Assembly: GCA_965178085.1 (NCBI GenBank)
Contig: CBCXTS010000021.1
Span: forward strand, 322,048-386,047
Length of the DNA stretch: 64,000 nucleotides
From: Alphaproteobacteria bacterium
GTDB lineage: Bacteria; Pseudomonadota; Alphaproteobacteria; CBCXTS01
Direction: 5' to 3'
Positions within the stretch are counted from its first letter, which is position 1; each line of letters opens with the position of its first letter. The notes beneath the pieces were generated by a model that worked only from the letters and a program-made list of their open reading frames with translations, did not search any database and was not told the DNA's origin. Position numbers and translations under genes: made by a program. Positions 11,382-21,937 of this stretch are shown here, in pieces.

Positions 11382-11732
11382 TGTAATCTAACTATTCTGC
11401 TGGCAACTGATGTCAAATGCTGCTGTAACACCTAAATTATAAACTTGATGTAGCTTGATTGATCGTCTTCATTAAATCTATAGGGCAAAGCTTATGCCAA
11501 AACTACAAATACCATCATTGTATTATATCTGTATGCAACTCTAACAATAGCACATCATCATATTTAAAGTCAAACACCTAGCTTTAGTATTAAGGCAACA
11601 ACTTTTAAAAACTACTTAAGTTAATGCATTTTATAAATATAGTTAGATATATAATTTGATATAAATATATTTGCTAAACATATCCGAATAAGGATATTGA
11701 AAGAAGTATTATAATGTTTATAAAGGAATATT

Positions 11733-12662
11733 TTGTTGAGACCTTTAGATTGGGATAAATTAAGAGTTTTTCAAGCTGTTGCACATGAAGGAAATTTAAC
11801 CCATGCAAGCAAAAAACTTCACATTAGCCAGTCTGCATTAAGCAGGCAGATTAGCTCACTGGAATACGCTTTAGGAATATCTTTGTTTCATCGTCATGCG
11901 CGCGGTCTTATTTTGACCGAACAAGGCGAAATACTATACAATACCACCCAGCAAGTTTTTCATGACCTAGAAGCATCCATAACCCGTGTCCAAGAAACCA
12001 ATCACGAGCCTTCAGGCCCTCTTATCATCAATGCAACTCTAGGTCTTGGTAGTATTTGGCTTTCTACAATATTAGATGAGTTCATTGATCAATTTCCTAA
12101 AATCGATCTTTCTCTTATTCTGTCTCCTCAAGCTAATATGGACATAGCAATGCGTGAAGCAGATTTGTCTATCCGATTATTTCCGCCAAAACAGTCAGAT
12201 CTAATCCAAACACGATTGATGACTTATCGACACGGTGTTTATGCTTCATCAAATTATCTAAAAAAATATGGAATACCAGAAAATTTAGACGATCTTGAAC
12301 AACATCGCATTTTAGCTTTCGGCAAGCATACAGACGATACACATCCCTACCCTGAAATAGATTGGCTCTTGCAATATGAACGCTCAAAAGATAATCCTCG
12401 CCAACCTGCTGTTGTTATCAATAGTGTGACTGCAATCATACAAGCAGTTTTGCATGATGTAGGCATAGCAAGCTTGCCCAAGTACCTTGTGAGAGAGGAA
12501 ACGGGTTTAATAGAAGTTTTACAAAATATTAAAGCCCCGCTAACAGATGTCTGGATGGTATATCCAGAAGAACTACGCAAGTCAAAACGCATATCAGTTT
12601 TTATTGCTTTTATGCGCCAAAAAACACAAGCATTCATTCAAAACAAAACAGCTATTATATAA
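11733..12662 (+). CDS. LysR-family transcriptional regulator
   Basis: N-terminal winged-helix signature (DWDKLRVFQAVAHEGNLTHASKKLHISQSALSRQISSLE) followed by a substrate-binding domain. The start codon is TTG. Confidence 0.9.
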   Translation: MLRPLDWDKLRVFQAVAHEGNLTHASKKLHISQSALSRQISSLEYALGISLFHRHARGLILTEQGEILYNTTQQVFHDLEASITRVQETNHEPSGPLIINATLGLGSIWLSTILDEFIDQFPKIDLSLILSPQANMDIAMREADLSIRLFPPKQSDLIQTRLMTYRHGVYASSNYLKKYGIPENLDDLEQHRILAFGKHTDDTHPYPEIDWLLQYERSKDNPRQPAVVINSVTAIIQAVLHDVGIASLPKYLVREETGLIEVLQNIKAPLTDVWMVYPEELRKSKRISVFIAFMRQKTQAFIQNKTAII

Positions 12663-12668
12663 TAACCC

Positions 12669-14501
12669 ATGATTACTCTTGAGATCCTTATAGTATTTGC
12701 AATTATTTGTGTAACACTTGTAAGTTATTTATACCAACGTCCAGGATTTATTTTCACCTCAATTTTAGCAATTATCGCTTTAATGTTGGTTAGTTCTTTT
12801 GCACAGTATTTTGGCCTTGATTGGCCGATCCCTGCCGAAAAGTTTTTATTAGGATTTGCTAACCAAGCTCTCATTACTGTGCTGGCACTTTTAATTATGG
12901 GCCATGCTTTAGTACGCACTGGAGCGCTCAATCGTGTCAGCGAGTTTGTTGATCAAATTAGCGTAGGCTCTATAAGCCATGCCATGCCTATTATTTTAAT
13001 AGTTATTATTATTACCAGTGCATTCATGAACAACATTCCTGTTGTTGTATTATTTATACCTGTTGTCCAAGCTATCATACGCAAAAACAAAACTTCACCA
13101 AGCAAATGGATGATGATGATCAGCTACGCGGCTATCCTTGGTGGCATGCTAACACTCATTGGTTCATCTACCAATGTTTTGGTATCAGAGACTATGGTTG
13201 CACAAGGCTTAAAGGGATTTTCTTTTTTCGACTTTACTATTCCTGGTTCTATTATGGTGATCATAGGGTTTTGTTACATTAAATGGATGATGCCTTATCT
13301 CTTACCTGCTCATTATCAAACAGCCATTGAACGCGCTCAACTAAAAAGCAATAATCACGATTATAGCGATGAACAAGAAAGTCTTTTCCAGTTTTTTATG
13401 ACAGTTGCACCTGGCGAGTTTCTTGAAGGACAAAACTCTCAGAATGGTTTTTTTCCAGACCTGAAACCATCTATTATCTTGTCAGTTACACGCAAAGGTA
13501 AGCATTTTGATGCTCCTTTTAACGATTTCACCCTACAAGTTGGTGATAAAGTGTTGCTTTCAACAACAGAAGAAAACCTCTTAGAACTCTACAGCCAACA
13601 AAAAGGGGCTCATTCAAACGATACTAACCGTACGCACCGTACATTTGCACAGGCTATTTTACGCCCTGAATCGTCTTTAATCGGGCGCCATATTGCACGT
13701 ATTACGCGCAATTATAACGGAGAGATTCAAGTGTTGGGTCTTGAACGCCGTCAAGGATTAAAACGCACTTCAATAGAATCAACGCGCACAGAACCAGGAG
13801 ATATTTTACTAATAAGAGGAAGCGAAAAAGCTATTAGCTCTTTACGTCATGATGATCATTTGTTGCTCTTAGAATGGTCTTCTCGCAAACTAACAAAACC
13901 GTTCCATGCCAAACGCGCAATCATAATCTTTGCCCTAACAGTGCTTGCATCTGCAACTGGCATTCTACCTATTGTAGTAGCAAGTCTTGTAGGTGCTGCT
14001 AGCATGATAATAACTCGAGTGATCACAATAGAAGAAGCAATCCATGCCCTTGATGCGAGCCTAATATTTCTCATTGCAGCTGCACTTTCACTAGGAATGG
14101 CAATGGAGGCCACCAATGGTGCCACATTTTTAGCCAATACATTACTAGATGCAACTCAAGATAGCAGCCCTGCTGTCATTTTAAGTTTGTTTTTTTTGCT
14201 AGTGTGCATTTGCGCTAATATTTTATCTACAAAAGCTACTGCCGTACTTTTTGTACCTGTTGCCATTTCCATTTCTGATAGTCTCAATATTCCACCTGAT
14301 AGTTTTGCTTTAGCTGTGATCATTGCTGCCAATTGTGCTTTTGCAAGCCCTACAGGCTATCAAACAAACTTGCTTGTAATGGCTTCAGGCCATTACCGAT
14401 TTGTAGATTTTATTAAAGCTGGCACGCCTTTGATTATTATATTGTGGATAACTTTTTCTATTTTTATTCCGTTTTGGTATAATATTCCATTTTATCTTTA
14501 A
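12669..14501 (+). CDS. SLC13/DASS-family anion permease with central TrkA-C domains
   Basis: 610 aa with two hydrophobic CitMHS-like halves separated by a soluble region of about 200 aa with the TrkA-C pattern. Confidence 0.8.
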   Translation: MITLEILIVFAIICVTLVSYLYQRPGFIFTSILAIIALMLVSSFAQYFGLDWPIPAEKFLLGFANQALITVLALLIMGHALVRTGALNRVSEFVDQISVGSISHAMPIILIVIIITSAFMNNIPVVVLFIPVVQAIIRKNKTSPSKWMMMISYAAILGGMLTLIGSSTNVLVSETMVAQGLKGFSFFDFTIPGSIMVIIGFCYIKWMMPYLLPAHYQTAIERAQLKSNNHDYSDEQESLFQFFMTVAPGEFLEGQNSQNGFFPDLKPSIILSVTRKGKHFDAPFNDFTLQVGDKVLLSTTEENLLELYSQQKGAHSNDTNRTHRTFAQAILRPESSLIGRHIARITRNYNGEIQVLGLERRQGLKRTSIESTRTEPGDILLIRGSEKAISSLRHDDHLLLLEWSSRKLTKPFHAKRAIIIFALTVLASATGILPIVVASLVGAASMIITRVITIEEAIHALDASLIFLIAAALSLGMAMEATNGATFLANTLLDATQDSSPAVILSLFFLLVCICANILSTKATAVLFVPVAISISDSLNIPPDSFALAVIIAANCAFASPTGYQTNLLVMASGHYRFVDFIKAGTPLIIILWITFSIFIPFWYNIPFYL

Positions 14502-14728
14502 ACAAAGTTATTCATATCTTTGTTAGCCTATTGTTTATAAAACTACCTCAACAACAATAAAACTCCCTCATATTATTGTCTCGTATTCATTGTATCTTAT
14601 ATGGATGGTGTATTTTATTTTGCATGGACGCGACGGAAATTTACCTTCTCAAGCGTTATTATAGTTAATACAGTTTTCTATTAACAACAAAGCACACTAC
14701 CATATACAAAATATTTCAATTATTTAAT

Positions 14729-15316
14729 ATGTATACAAATAAGCTTACCATGCAAATCAATACTGATCTTTCTGATGTCACAAGTGCTACAAACGATACA
14801 ATATTGCTAAACTTATTACATCAAGGCAATCAGCAAGCTTATCGTCAAATTGTCAATCGCTATAGCAAAGCTTGTTTTGCATATGCATGTAAAATTGGTT
14901 TGTCGCATGATCAAGCACAAGATATATTGCAAGATAGCTTTCTGCAACTGTGGCAAAAACCACCACAATTTGCGTTAAATGGCTCTGTAATCAATTGGTT
15001 ATTATGTGTTGTTCGAAACCGCTCTTTAGACTTGTATCGCGCAACAAAACGCAAATCACAACATAACCAGCTTGCATATTCTAGCCAACAAGACATTATG
15101 TGCTCTTCTAATCTATCCACCCAGATTGAAAATCGAATTTCAATCATTGAGACCTTATCGATGATACCTAAAAGACAAGAGCGAGTTATCTTACTTGTCT
15201 ACCTACAAGGCTTAAGCATCAAAGAAAGCGCACAAATTATCAATACTAGCGAGCATGCTGTAGAATCGCTGCTTGCACGTGCTCGTAAAACATTAAAAAA
15301 ACTATCACAAAGTTGA
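14729..15316 (+). CDS. ECF-type sigma-70 family RNA polymerase sigma factor
   Basis: 195 aa with region 2 (DILQDSFLQLW) and a region 4 helix-turn-helix (LSIKESAQIINTSEHAVESLLARARKTL). Confidence 0.85.
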   Translation: MYTNKLTMQINTDLSDVTSATNDTILLNLLHQGNQQAYRQIVNRYSKACFAYACKIGLSHDQAQDILQDSFLQLWQKPPQFALNGSVINWLLCVVRNRSLDLYRATKRKSQHNQLAYSSQQDIMCSSNLSTQIENRISIIETLSMIPKRQERVILLVYLQGLSIKESAQIINTSEHAVESLLARARKTLKKLSQS

Positions 15317-15325
15317 GAGATTATT

Positions 15326-15769
15326 ATGTCAAATAATAAATATAACTATCCTAGTAATTTTTATACTAAACAAACGATCTTTAAAAACTTTACCGATCCC
15401 AAAACTGAGCATTCCATGGATGAAGGCATGATGAATGCACTCCATCAATTATCAAAACAAAACCCACAAATAACTGCCCGATGTGTCATATTTAAAACTA
15501 TGTTTGAGTATACAAAAACAATCAAAGCGCGTTTCCTTTATGTCTCTGCTCTAGCTTGCTCTTTTGGCTTTGGTATACTCATTAGCCAAAACAATCCTGC
15601 CTTCGTTCTAGCTTATCTTAATAATCAGGATGTGTTTGCAAACTATGCAATAGTATTAACCAATCAAAATTTATCTTATCTTTCTACTCTTTCTACTCAA
15701 AATATTTTCATGCAAATATTGAGTAGCAAAGATTCTCTCGAGCTATTAACGCTCTTATCTCAAATCTAA
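15326..15769 (+). CDS. Putative anti-sigma factor; single-TM protein
   Basis: 147 aa starting 10 nt after the sigma factor gene. One central hydrophobic helix. No catalytic motif. Confidence 0.4.
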   Translation: MSNNKYNYPSNFYTKQTIFKNFTDPKTEHSMDEGMMNALHQLSKQNPQITARCVIFKTMFEYTKTIKARFLYVSALACSFGFGILISQNNPAFVLAYLNNQDVFANYAIVLTNQNLSYLSTLSTQNIFMQILSSKDSLELLTLLSQI

Positions 15770-15787
15770 ACCCTAAAAGGTGCTACA

Positions 15788-16252
15788 ATGTTATCTAAAT
15801 GGACTATGACATCAAAGAGAGTGAAGGTCTTATTCTTTATATCTCTTTTACTTAATATGATTGTAATTGGATCTGCTTTCACTATGCTTGGCGGATTTTT
15901 ATGGCATGCTAACTCATTCCATCAACTAGAAGAAATGGTTGAAGGCAACCCTCAACTCGAAGGTATGCGCGATAAGCATTTAACACAATTTAAATTATAC
16001 CGTAAGCAATTCCGTTCTGTTCGCTTGGATCTTAGCGAAGCTTTACAAGCCGAACCATTTAACGAGACAAAATATGATAGTGCTATCACTACAATGCGCA
16101 AGCTTGGCGACGATGTCTTTAATAGCATTGAAGAAATGGCTCAGCACATTAAAGCGCTTGAACCTGAACAGCGCAAGCAAATTGGCAAATGGATCAAACG
16201 TTCCAAGCGTCATCACGGCAAACACCATGATAATGACGACGATCATTATTGA
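15788..16252 (+). CDS. Periplasmic His-rich protein, possibly a Spy/CpxP/ZraP-like metal sensor or chaperone
   Basis: N-terminal signal/anchor, a helical periplasmic region and a C-terminal His-rich tail (KRHHGKHHDNDDDHY). It is the third gene of the ECF module. Confidence 0.4.
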   Translation: MLSKWTMTSKRVKVLFFISLLLNMIVIGSAFTMLGGFLWHANSFHQLEEMVEGNPQLEGMRDKHLTQFKLYRKQFRSVRLDLSEALQAEPFNETKYDSAITTMRKLGDDVFNSIEEMAQHIKALEPEQRKQIGKWIKRSKRHHGKHHDNDDDHY

Positions 16253-16432
16253 TAATAGTCAAAAGCATATGCAGCCTTACAAACAAATCAGTAAGGCTGC
16301 ATATTTACATTCAATTGATCTTTTGATTTTGATTAATTAACAAAAAAAATCACTTTATATTCATCGTATGGTTGACCTTCGCTTGGCTTCGGTTTAGAAA
16401 TATTTTTTTACTATGTGGTTTACACTCCATAT

Positions 16433-16509
16433 GGTGGCTGTAGCTCAGTTGGTTAGAGCGCCTGATTGTGGTTCAGGAGGTCGTCGGTTCAAGACCGATC
16501 AGCCACCCC
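16433..16509 (+). tRNA. tRNA-His (anticodon GTG)
   Basis: Cloverleaf read by eye. Acceptor stem GGTGGCT/AGCCACC, D-arm AGCTCAGTTGGTTAGAGC, anticodon stem-loop CCTGA-TTGTGGT-TCAGG with GTG at positions 34-36, T-arm GGTTCAAGACC, and a 3' CCA. Confidence 0.85.
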
Positions 16510-16708
16510 ATCAAGGGTAACTTTAAAAAACCATCAAAGGTAATGTCTCAAAAAGACTTTATGCAAACAATGTAAGCTCTATAAGCTATCAACAGGCTCC
16601 ATAAACTATTAAAAAGCCAGGATGCTGATACGTTCAACATTCAATTCCATGATGCAAGCTATGCTTCAATGATAATTGATTTTACACTTTAAAGAAATTT
16701 AATTAAAA

Positions 16709-18514
16709 ATGTCTAATAATATTACCCACCCTTATCGTACACATCATTGTAACTCCCTTAACAGTGAACATGAAAACCAAACAATACGCCTTTCTGGTTG
16801 GGTGCATCGTTTACGTGATCACGGTAATTTACTATTTCTTGATTTGCGCGATCATTACGGCATTACACAATGTGTTTGCGACATCGACAATCCTTGCTTT
16901 GAAAAATTCAATGAAATCACCATTGAGAGTGTTGTTAGTATAACTGGCAGTGTTGTAAAGCGGACCCAAGAAACCGTTAATTCTCAACTGGCAACTGGAG
17001 AAATTGAAGTAACTGTAGATGCATTTGAAGTTCTTTCAACAGCACAAAACCTACCAATGCCAGTTAATCAAGACGCAGGTTATCCTGAAGATATACGCCT
17101 TACATATCGTTTCCTAGATTTACGCAGAGAAAAGCTACAACGCAATATTGCTTTGCGCTCAGATATAATTTCTACTTTGCGCGAACAAATGATTGCACGT
17201 GGTTTTAGAGAGTTTCAAACACCAATCTTAACTGCTAGTAGTCCTGAAGGAGCGCGCGACTTTTTAGTTCCAAGCAGATTAAATCCAGGAAAATTTTATG
17301 CATTACCTCAAGCACCTCAACAATTTAAACAATTATTGATGATCGCTGGATTTGATAAATACTTTCAAATTGCTCCATGTTTTCGTGATGAAGACGCACG
17401 CTCTGATCGTAGCCCTGGTGAATTTTATCAACTTGACGTGGAAATGTCTTTTGCAACACAAGAAGATGTTTTGAAAGTCATTGAAGATGTTTTATCCAAT
17501 ATATTTGTAAAATTTTCAAACGGACGCAATGTTACCACAGCTCCTTTTCAGCGTATCACATATAAAGATTCAATGTTTTACTATGGCAGTGATAAACCTG
17601 ATTTACGCAACCCCATTAAAATAGCAGATGTTAGCGAGCAATTTAAAAACTCAAGCTTTAAAATATTTGCTAATAATGTACAAAAAGGTCAAGTTGTACG
17701 TGCTATTCCTGCTCCTGGAGCGGCATCTAAACCTCGCGCTTTTTTTGATAAACTCAACGCATGGGCGCAATCAGAAGGTCAAAAAGGATTAGGCTATATT
17801 ATACGACGTGAGGATGGTCCCAAAGGTCCCATCGCACAAAATTTAGCCACCGAAACATGCACAGCTATCTTTGAAGAAGCTGGTATCAAACAAGGTGATG
17901 GAGTATTTTTTGTATGCAACCATGAAAAAGATGCAGCTACATTTGCAGGTGCTGCACGCACCAAAATAGCACAAGATCTTGATCTTATACGCAAAGATTG
18001 CTTCGAGTTTTGCTGGATTGTTGATTACCCAATGTATGAATTTAATGAAAAAGAAAAACGGATTGACTTTTCACACAATCCATTCTCTATGCCTCAAGGT
18101 GGTATGGAAGCATTGCTAACAAAAGATCCTCTTGATATTCTTGCATGGCAATATGATATTGTATGTAATGGTATTGAACTTTCTTCAGGCGCTATCCGAA
18201 ATCATATTCCTGAAATTATGATTAAAGCGTTTGAGATAGCTGGATATGATCAATCTGTTGTTGAAGAGCGTTTTGGGGGCATGCTATCTGCCATGAAATA
18301 CGGCGCGCCTCCACATGGAGGCTCAGCACCAGGAATTGATCGTATCGTTATGCTTTTAGCAGACGAGCCAAACATTCGAGAGGTTATCGCATTTCCAATG
18401 AACCAAATGGGCCAAGATTTAATGATGAATGCTCCCTCACAATTAAGTGAACAACAGCTTAAAGATGTGTTCATTAAACTAGATGTTGAAGACTCTTGGA
18501 AAGAGAAAACGTAA
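16709..18514 (+). CDS. aspS: Aspartate--tRNA ligase
   Basis: 601 aa with an N-terminal OB-fold anticodon-binding domain, class II motifs ([14 protein letters not shown]) and a bacterial GAD insertion. Confidence 0.95.
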   Translation: MSNNITHPYRTHHCNSLNSEHENQTIRLSGWVHRLRDHGNLLFLDLRDHYGITQCVCDIDNPCFEKFNEITIESVVSITGSVVKRTQETVNSQLATGEIEVTVDAFEVLSTAQNLPMPVNQDAGYPEDIRLTYRFLDLRREKLQRNIALRSDIISTLREQMIARGFREFQTPILTASSPEGARDFLVPSRLNPGKFYALPQAPQQFKQLLMIAGFDKYFQIAPCFRDEDARSDRSPGEFYQLDVEMSFATQEDVLKVIEDVLSNIFVKFSNGRNVTTAPFQRITYKDSMFYYGSDKPDLRNPIKIADVSEQFKNSSFKIFANNVQKGQVVRAIPAPGAASKPRAFFDKLNAWAQSEGQKGLGYIIRREDGPKGPIAQNLATETCTAIFEEAGIKQGDGVFFVCNHEKDAATFAGAARTKIAQDLDLIRKDCFEFCWIVDYPMYEFNEKEKRIDFSHNPFSMPQGGMEALLTKDPLDILAWQYDIVCNGIELSSGAIRNHIPEIMIKAFEIAGYDQSVVEERFGGMLSAMKYGAPPHGGSAPGIDRIVMLLADEPNIREVIAFPMNQMGQDLMMNAPSQLSEQQLKDVFIKLDVEDSWKEKT

Positions 18515-18635
18515 AGATTGTTCTCAACATTACTTTGCACTCTCACATTATATCATATACATATTGCTTATTGACATTTAAGCTCGATTCTAAAAATTTG
18601 AATCGCAAATTTTACAATCTTAAATTAATCAAAAT

Positions 18636-19427
18636 TTAATGATACAATTTTGATTTTATCTTAAAAAAACACAATGTCATTATCAAGCTAGCAAAAATTA
18701 CGGCAACTGCTAATCCATGCCAATCAAAATCAACATCACGTATTGCGCTCCTGAAACCCTTGATACATTGATATAAAGGATTCCATTGCATAATTTTAAT
18801 CCAAAAATCAGGTAGTACATTAATTGGAAAAAATACACCTGAAAGCAATAAAGCTGGCATAAAGACAAAGGTTTCTTTTGTTGATAATGAATCCCAAGTT
18901 TGTAAATAAAAAGCCGCTAATATTCCAATCCCAGAACAAATGATACATCCAAGCAATAACCATATCAAACATATAAAAAATTGACTTGGGACTAGCACTT
19001 CAAATGGTGATAGCAAAGCCCATATCATAGCCATAGCTACAATTGCATTAAGTTTTGCAAATAAAATCCAACCAGTTATAATCTCAAAACTACTCAACGG
19101 TGCACCAAGAAGGTTTTCTATTTCACGGTTGAGCTTTCCTTCCATAATAGAATGCGCGTTCGTTTCAAAACAACGCCGGATACTTGCAGATAGCAATATT
19201 CCAGGCAGAACAAATTCAAGTATCTCATCTCTTGCATGTGCAGGCATAGCCAAACTTAATGCCAACACAATCAATAATGCTTCAACCGCTGGTCCAAATA
19301 ATAAAAATCCTATATATTGGCGCGCAAGTACAAACTCACGACAAACAACATAATATATATGGCACAGATAAATGCCTCTAAAGCATTTAGGTTGATATAA
19401 GAACATGTGCCCAAAAACTTTATTCAA
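18636..19427 (-). CDS. ABC-2 type transporter permease
   Basis: 263-aa six-TM protein with an ABC-2 family topology and motif pattern. It is paired with a second permease. Confidence 0.7.
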   Translation of the reverse strand: MNKVFGHMFLYQPKCFRGIYLCHIYYVVCREFVLARQYIGFLLFGPAVEALLIVLALSLAMPAHARDEILEFVLPGILLSASIRRCFETNAHSIMEGKLNREIENLLGAPLSSFEIITGWILFAKLNAIVAMAMIWALLSPFEVLVPSQFFICLIWLLLGCIICSGIGILAAFYLQTWDSLSTKETFVFMPALLLSGVFFPINVLPDFWIKIMQWNPLYQCIKGFRSAIRDVDFDWHGLAVAVIFASLIMTLCFFKIKSKLYH

Positions 19428-19430
19428 GAA

Positions 19431-20228
19431 TTAACTCCTTAATTTATAACCACTCTTTAACATAAAGAATGCTATCACAAGCAAAACAATATCAACTAGT
19501 CCCAATAAAATAATGCCAAATGAAATTGATGCATCCGCAGTACCTATAAAACCAGATCGAAAACCATCTATCATATAAAAAAACGGATTATATTGGCTCA
19601 TCGTATAAAAGGGATCAGGCAAACGAGTAATAGAGTAAAAAGTTCCTGACAAAAAAGTCATAGGGGCAACTAAAAAATTGGTAACTGCAGCAATATGATC
19701 AAACTTCTCAGCCCATATACCTCCAATAATACCTAATATCCCTAAAAACACACTACCTAAAACGCTAAAGACTAAAATAACCCAAAGATCCACAATGGAT
19801 ATATCCACAGCAAAAAACATAATCACTGTTGTAATAAATCCAACAATTAATGCACGCGTCACCGCCGCAAAGATATAAGCAAGCAAAAACTCAAATGCCG
19901 TAATTGGCGGCATTAAAACATCTACAATATTGCCTTGAATTTTTGATACAACAATGGATGAACTTGTATTGGCAAACGCGCTTTGTGCCATTGCCATCAT
20001 AATAAGACCTGGCGCTAAAAAGGAACTGAACGGCACACCGTTAATATCATAAACAGCACGCCCTAAAGCTAAGGAAAAAATAAGTAGAAACATCAATGAT
20101 GTAATCGCTGGAGTTAATACAGTTTGTATATAAACATTCATAAAACGCATTACTTCTTTGCGATAAAGTGTTATAAATCCAACCGTATTAAATAAATTGA
20201 AATACTTAGGAAAAGAAAAATCACTCAT
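19431..20228 (-). CDS. ABC-2 type transporter permease
   Basis: 265-aa six-TM protein. Its N-terminal YRKEVMRFMNVYIQTVL segment is typical of ABC-2 permeases. Confidence 0.7.
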   Translation of the reverse strand: MSDFSFPKYFNLFNTVGFITLYRKEVMRFMNVYIQTVLTPAITSLMFLLIFSLALGRAVYDINGVPFSSFLAPGLIMMAMAQSAFANTSSSIVVSKIQGNIVDVLMPPITAFEFLLAYIFAAVTRALIVGFITTVIMFFAVDISIVDLWVILVFSVLGSVFLGILGIIGGIWAEKFDHIAAVTNFLVAPMTFLSGTFYSITRLPDPFYTMSQYNPFFYMIDGFRSGFIGTADASISFGIILLGLVDIVLLVIAFFMLKSGYKLRS

Positions 20229-20302
20229 CCATTTATCCTTTTAAAAAACATTATAACTTCTAACGTTGTTATAAAACACGTCTGTTAAAAATATACTAAC
20301 AA

Positions 20303-21772
20303 TTAAAGCTGATGCTTTAAAATAACACGGGTTAAATTTTCTGCTGCAATAGCAATAGGATCTTTCCAGTCATTATAATATTGTTGGCGTATGATTTTAA
20401 AATCATCATACCATGGCGAATGCGTGGCGCTTTTACCCCATCGCCAACACGTTGTTGAACGATTTAACATCCAGACTGGCATGCCCATAGCACCAGCCAT
20501 GTGTGCGATCGAAGCATCGACAGTAATTAATATATCCAATGCACTTAAAATACCTGCAGTGTCATCAAAGCTTTCTACCTCATCCATTAAATCTATCCAT
20601 TGACTATTGATAGCCACTGTAGGGATATAATCTAAGCGTCTATCAAACTGCATTGCAAAAAAGTTAACATTTTCTGTCATCAGTAATGGTGATAACTGAT
20701 TGGGATTGATAGAACGTGCTCCATCAATAGCCTGCAGCATAGCATGTTGTCTTGCAGCGCCAGCCCAAAATATGCCTACGCGTATTTTATTTGGTAGTGC
20801 TTCTTGTGCAACACGCGCTTGCCATTTGTGCTTAGCGTGATCTGTTGGTTTTATATAGGCTGTGTTATGGCTTTTTATAACGTTTTCACTGCTAATGCGC
20901 ATATGCCAACCAAGCGATAAAAAACCTACCAAATAATCTATTTTTGCAATATCTATTTGATTTGGAAGGTCAAAAATATCGGCTGCATTTAACCATTCTA
21001 CAGGCACATCTTGATAGTTGTGTTGCAAGATGTCTCTAATCTCATAATGAACAAATATCAAAACTTTACTTGCTTTTTTTTGTTTCATCAAATCATAAAA
21101 TTGTCCAATATACCGTGCAAACTGAATTGTATCACCTATTCCTTGATCTGAAAACAGTAGTACTGATTTCCCTTCAATATCCTGCCCTGACCAGAAAGGA
21201 GCTTTGAAAGCATCCTTATATGCCTGGTAAAAAGGCGCTGATATTCTTGATTCATAATATCGAAAACCTTCTTCTAATTTTCCTTGCTGCAATAACACCG
21301 TAGCCAACACATGCTCTAAACTATCTTTTAAAGAATGCTCACCTAAATAAGACTTCAGTAATTGAACGGCTTTATCTTCACTCCCCATCCAACGCTCTGT
21401 GAGACCATAATTATAAGCATTACTTAGCGTGTTGTTTAATTCATAAGCTTTTTTAAAACAAACATGAGCATCTTTGACCATATATGCTTGCATATAAAAA
21501 TTACCCTCGAGTCTTAGTACCTTATCTGATTGTGGATACCGTTTGCCCCATTGCTGACAAAGAGACAGACCTATTTCTGATTGATGAAGATTATGTAACA
21601 TGTTTAAAACTGCAAGTATTTTGTCCTCATCGAGGTCATGCGTATTCAACAGACTGCATAAAGCATCCATAGCATTTGTACCGTCTCCTTTTTGAATTAA
21701 GGATTCGATTTCCTTGACACCACTCAAAAACAAATTGTAGTCTTTATCAGGTTGGGTTATCACAGAGTCCAT
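20303..21772 (-). CDS. TPR-repeat protein with a C-terminal GT9-like (heptosyltransferase / O-GlcNAc-transferase-like) domain
   Basis: N-terminal TPR helices. The C-terminal half carries FSDQGIGDTIQFARYI and DASIAHMAGAMGMPVWML, resembling the GT-B fold of family 9/41 transferases. Confidence 0.6.
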   Translation of the reverse strand: MDSVITQPDKDYNLFLSGVKEIESLIQKGDGTNAMDALCSLLNTHDLDEDKILAVLNMLHNLHQSEIGLSLCQQWGKRYPQSDKVLRLEGNFYMQAYMVKDAHVCFKKAYELNNTLSNAYNYGLTERWMGSEDKAVQLLKSYLGEHSLKDSLEHVLATVLLQQGKLEEGFRYYESRISAPFYQAYKDAFKAPFWSGQDIEGKSVLLFSDQGIGDTIQFARYIGQFYDLMKQKKASKVLIFVHYEIRDILQHNYQDVPVEWLNAADIFDLPNQIDIAKIDYLVGFLSLGWHMRISSENVIKSHNTAYIKPTDHAKHKWQARVAQEALPNKIRVGIFWAGAARQHAMLQAIDGARSINPNQLSPLLMTENVNFFAMQFDRRLDYIPTVAINSQWIDLMDEVESFDDTAGILSALDILITVDASIAHMAGAMGMPVWMLNRSTTCWRWGKSATHSPWYDDFKIIRQQYYNDWKDPIAIAAENLTRVILKHQL

Positions 21773-21937
21773 TGGAACATTTACATCAATATATAATGTT
21801 ATTATCTAAACAACGCTTTATGATCGAGGTAATAATACACAAAAAATTGTCTTTGATACTAAATAAATTAGTTGCTATCTTTACTTAGACAGTCTCATTT
21901 TCTATCAAGTTAAAACAAAAAGATAAAGAAATAAAAT

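Noticed and set aside
16433-16509. tRNA-His as an integration hotspot for a genomic island
   Set aside because: No integrase, direct-repeat copy of the tRNA 3' end, or foreign-looking genes flank it. The next gene is aspS.
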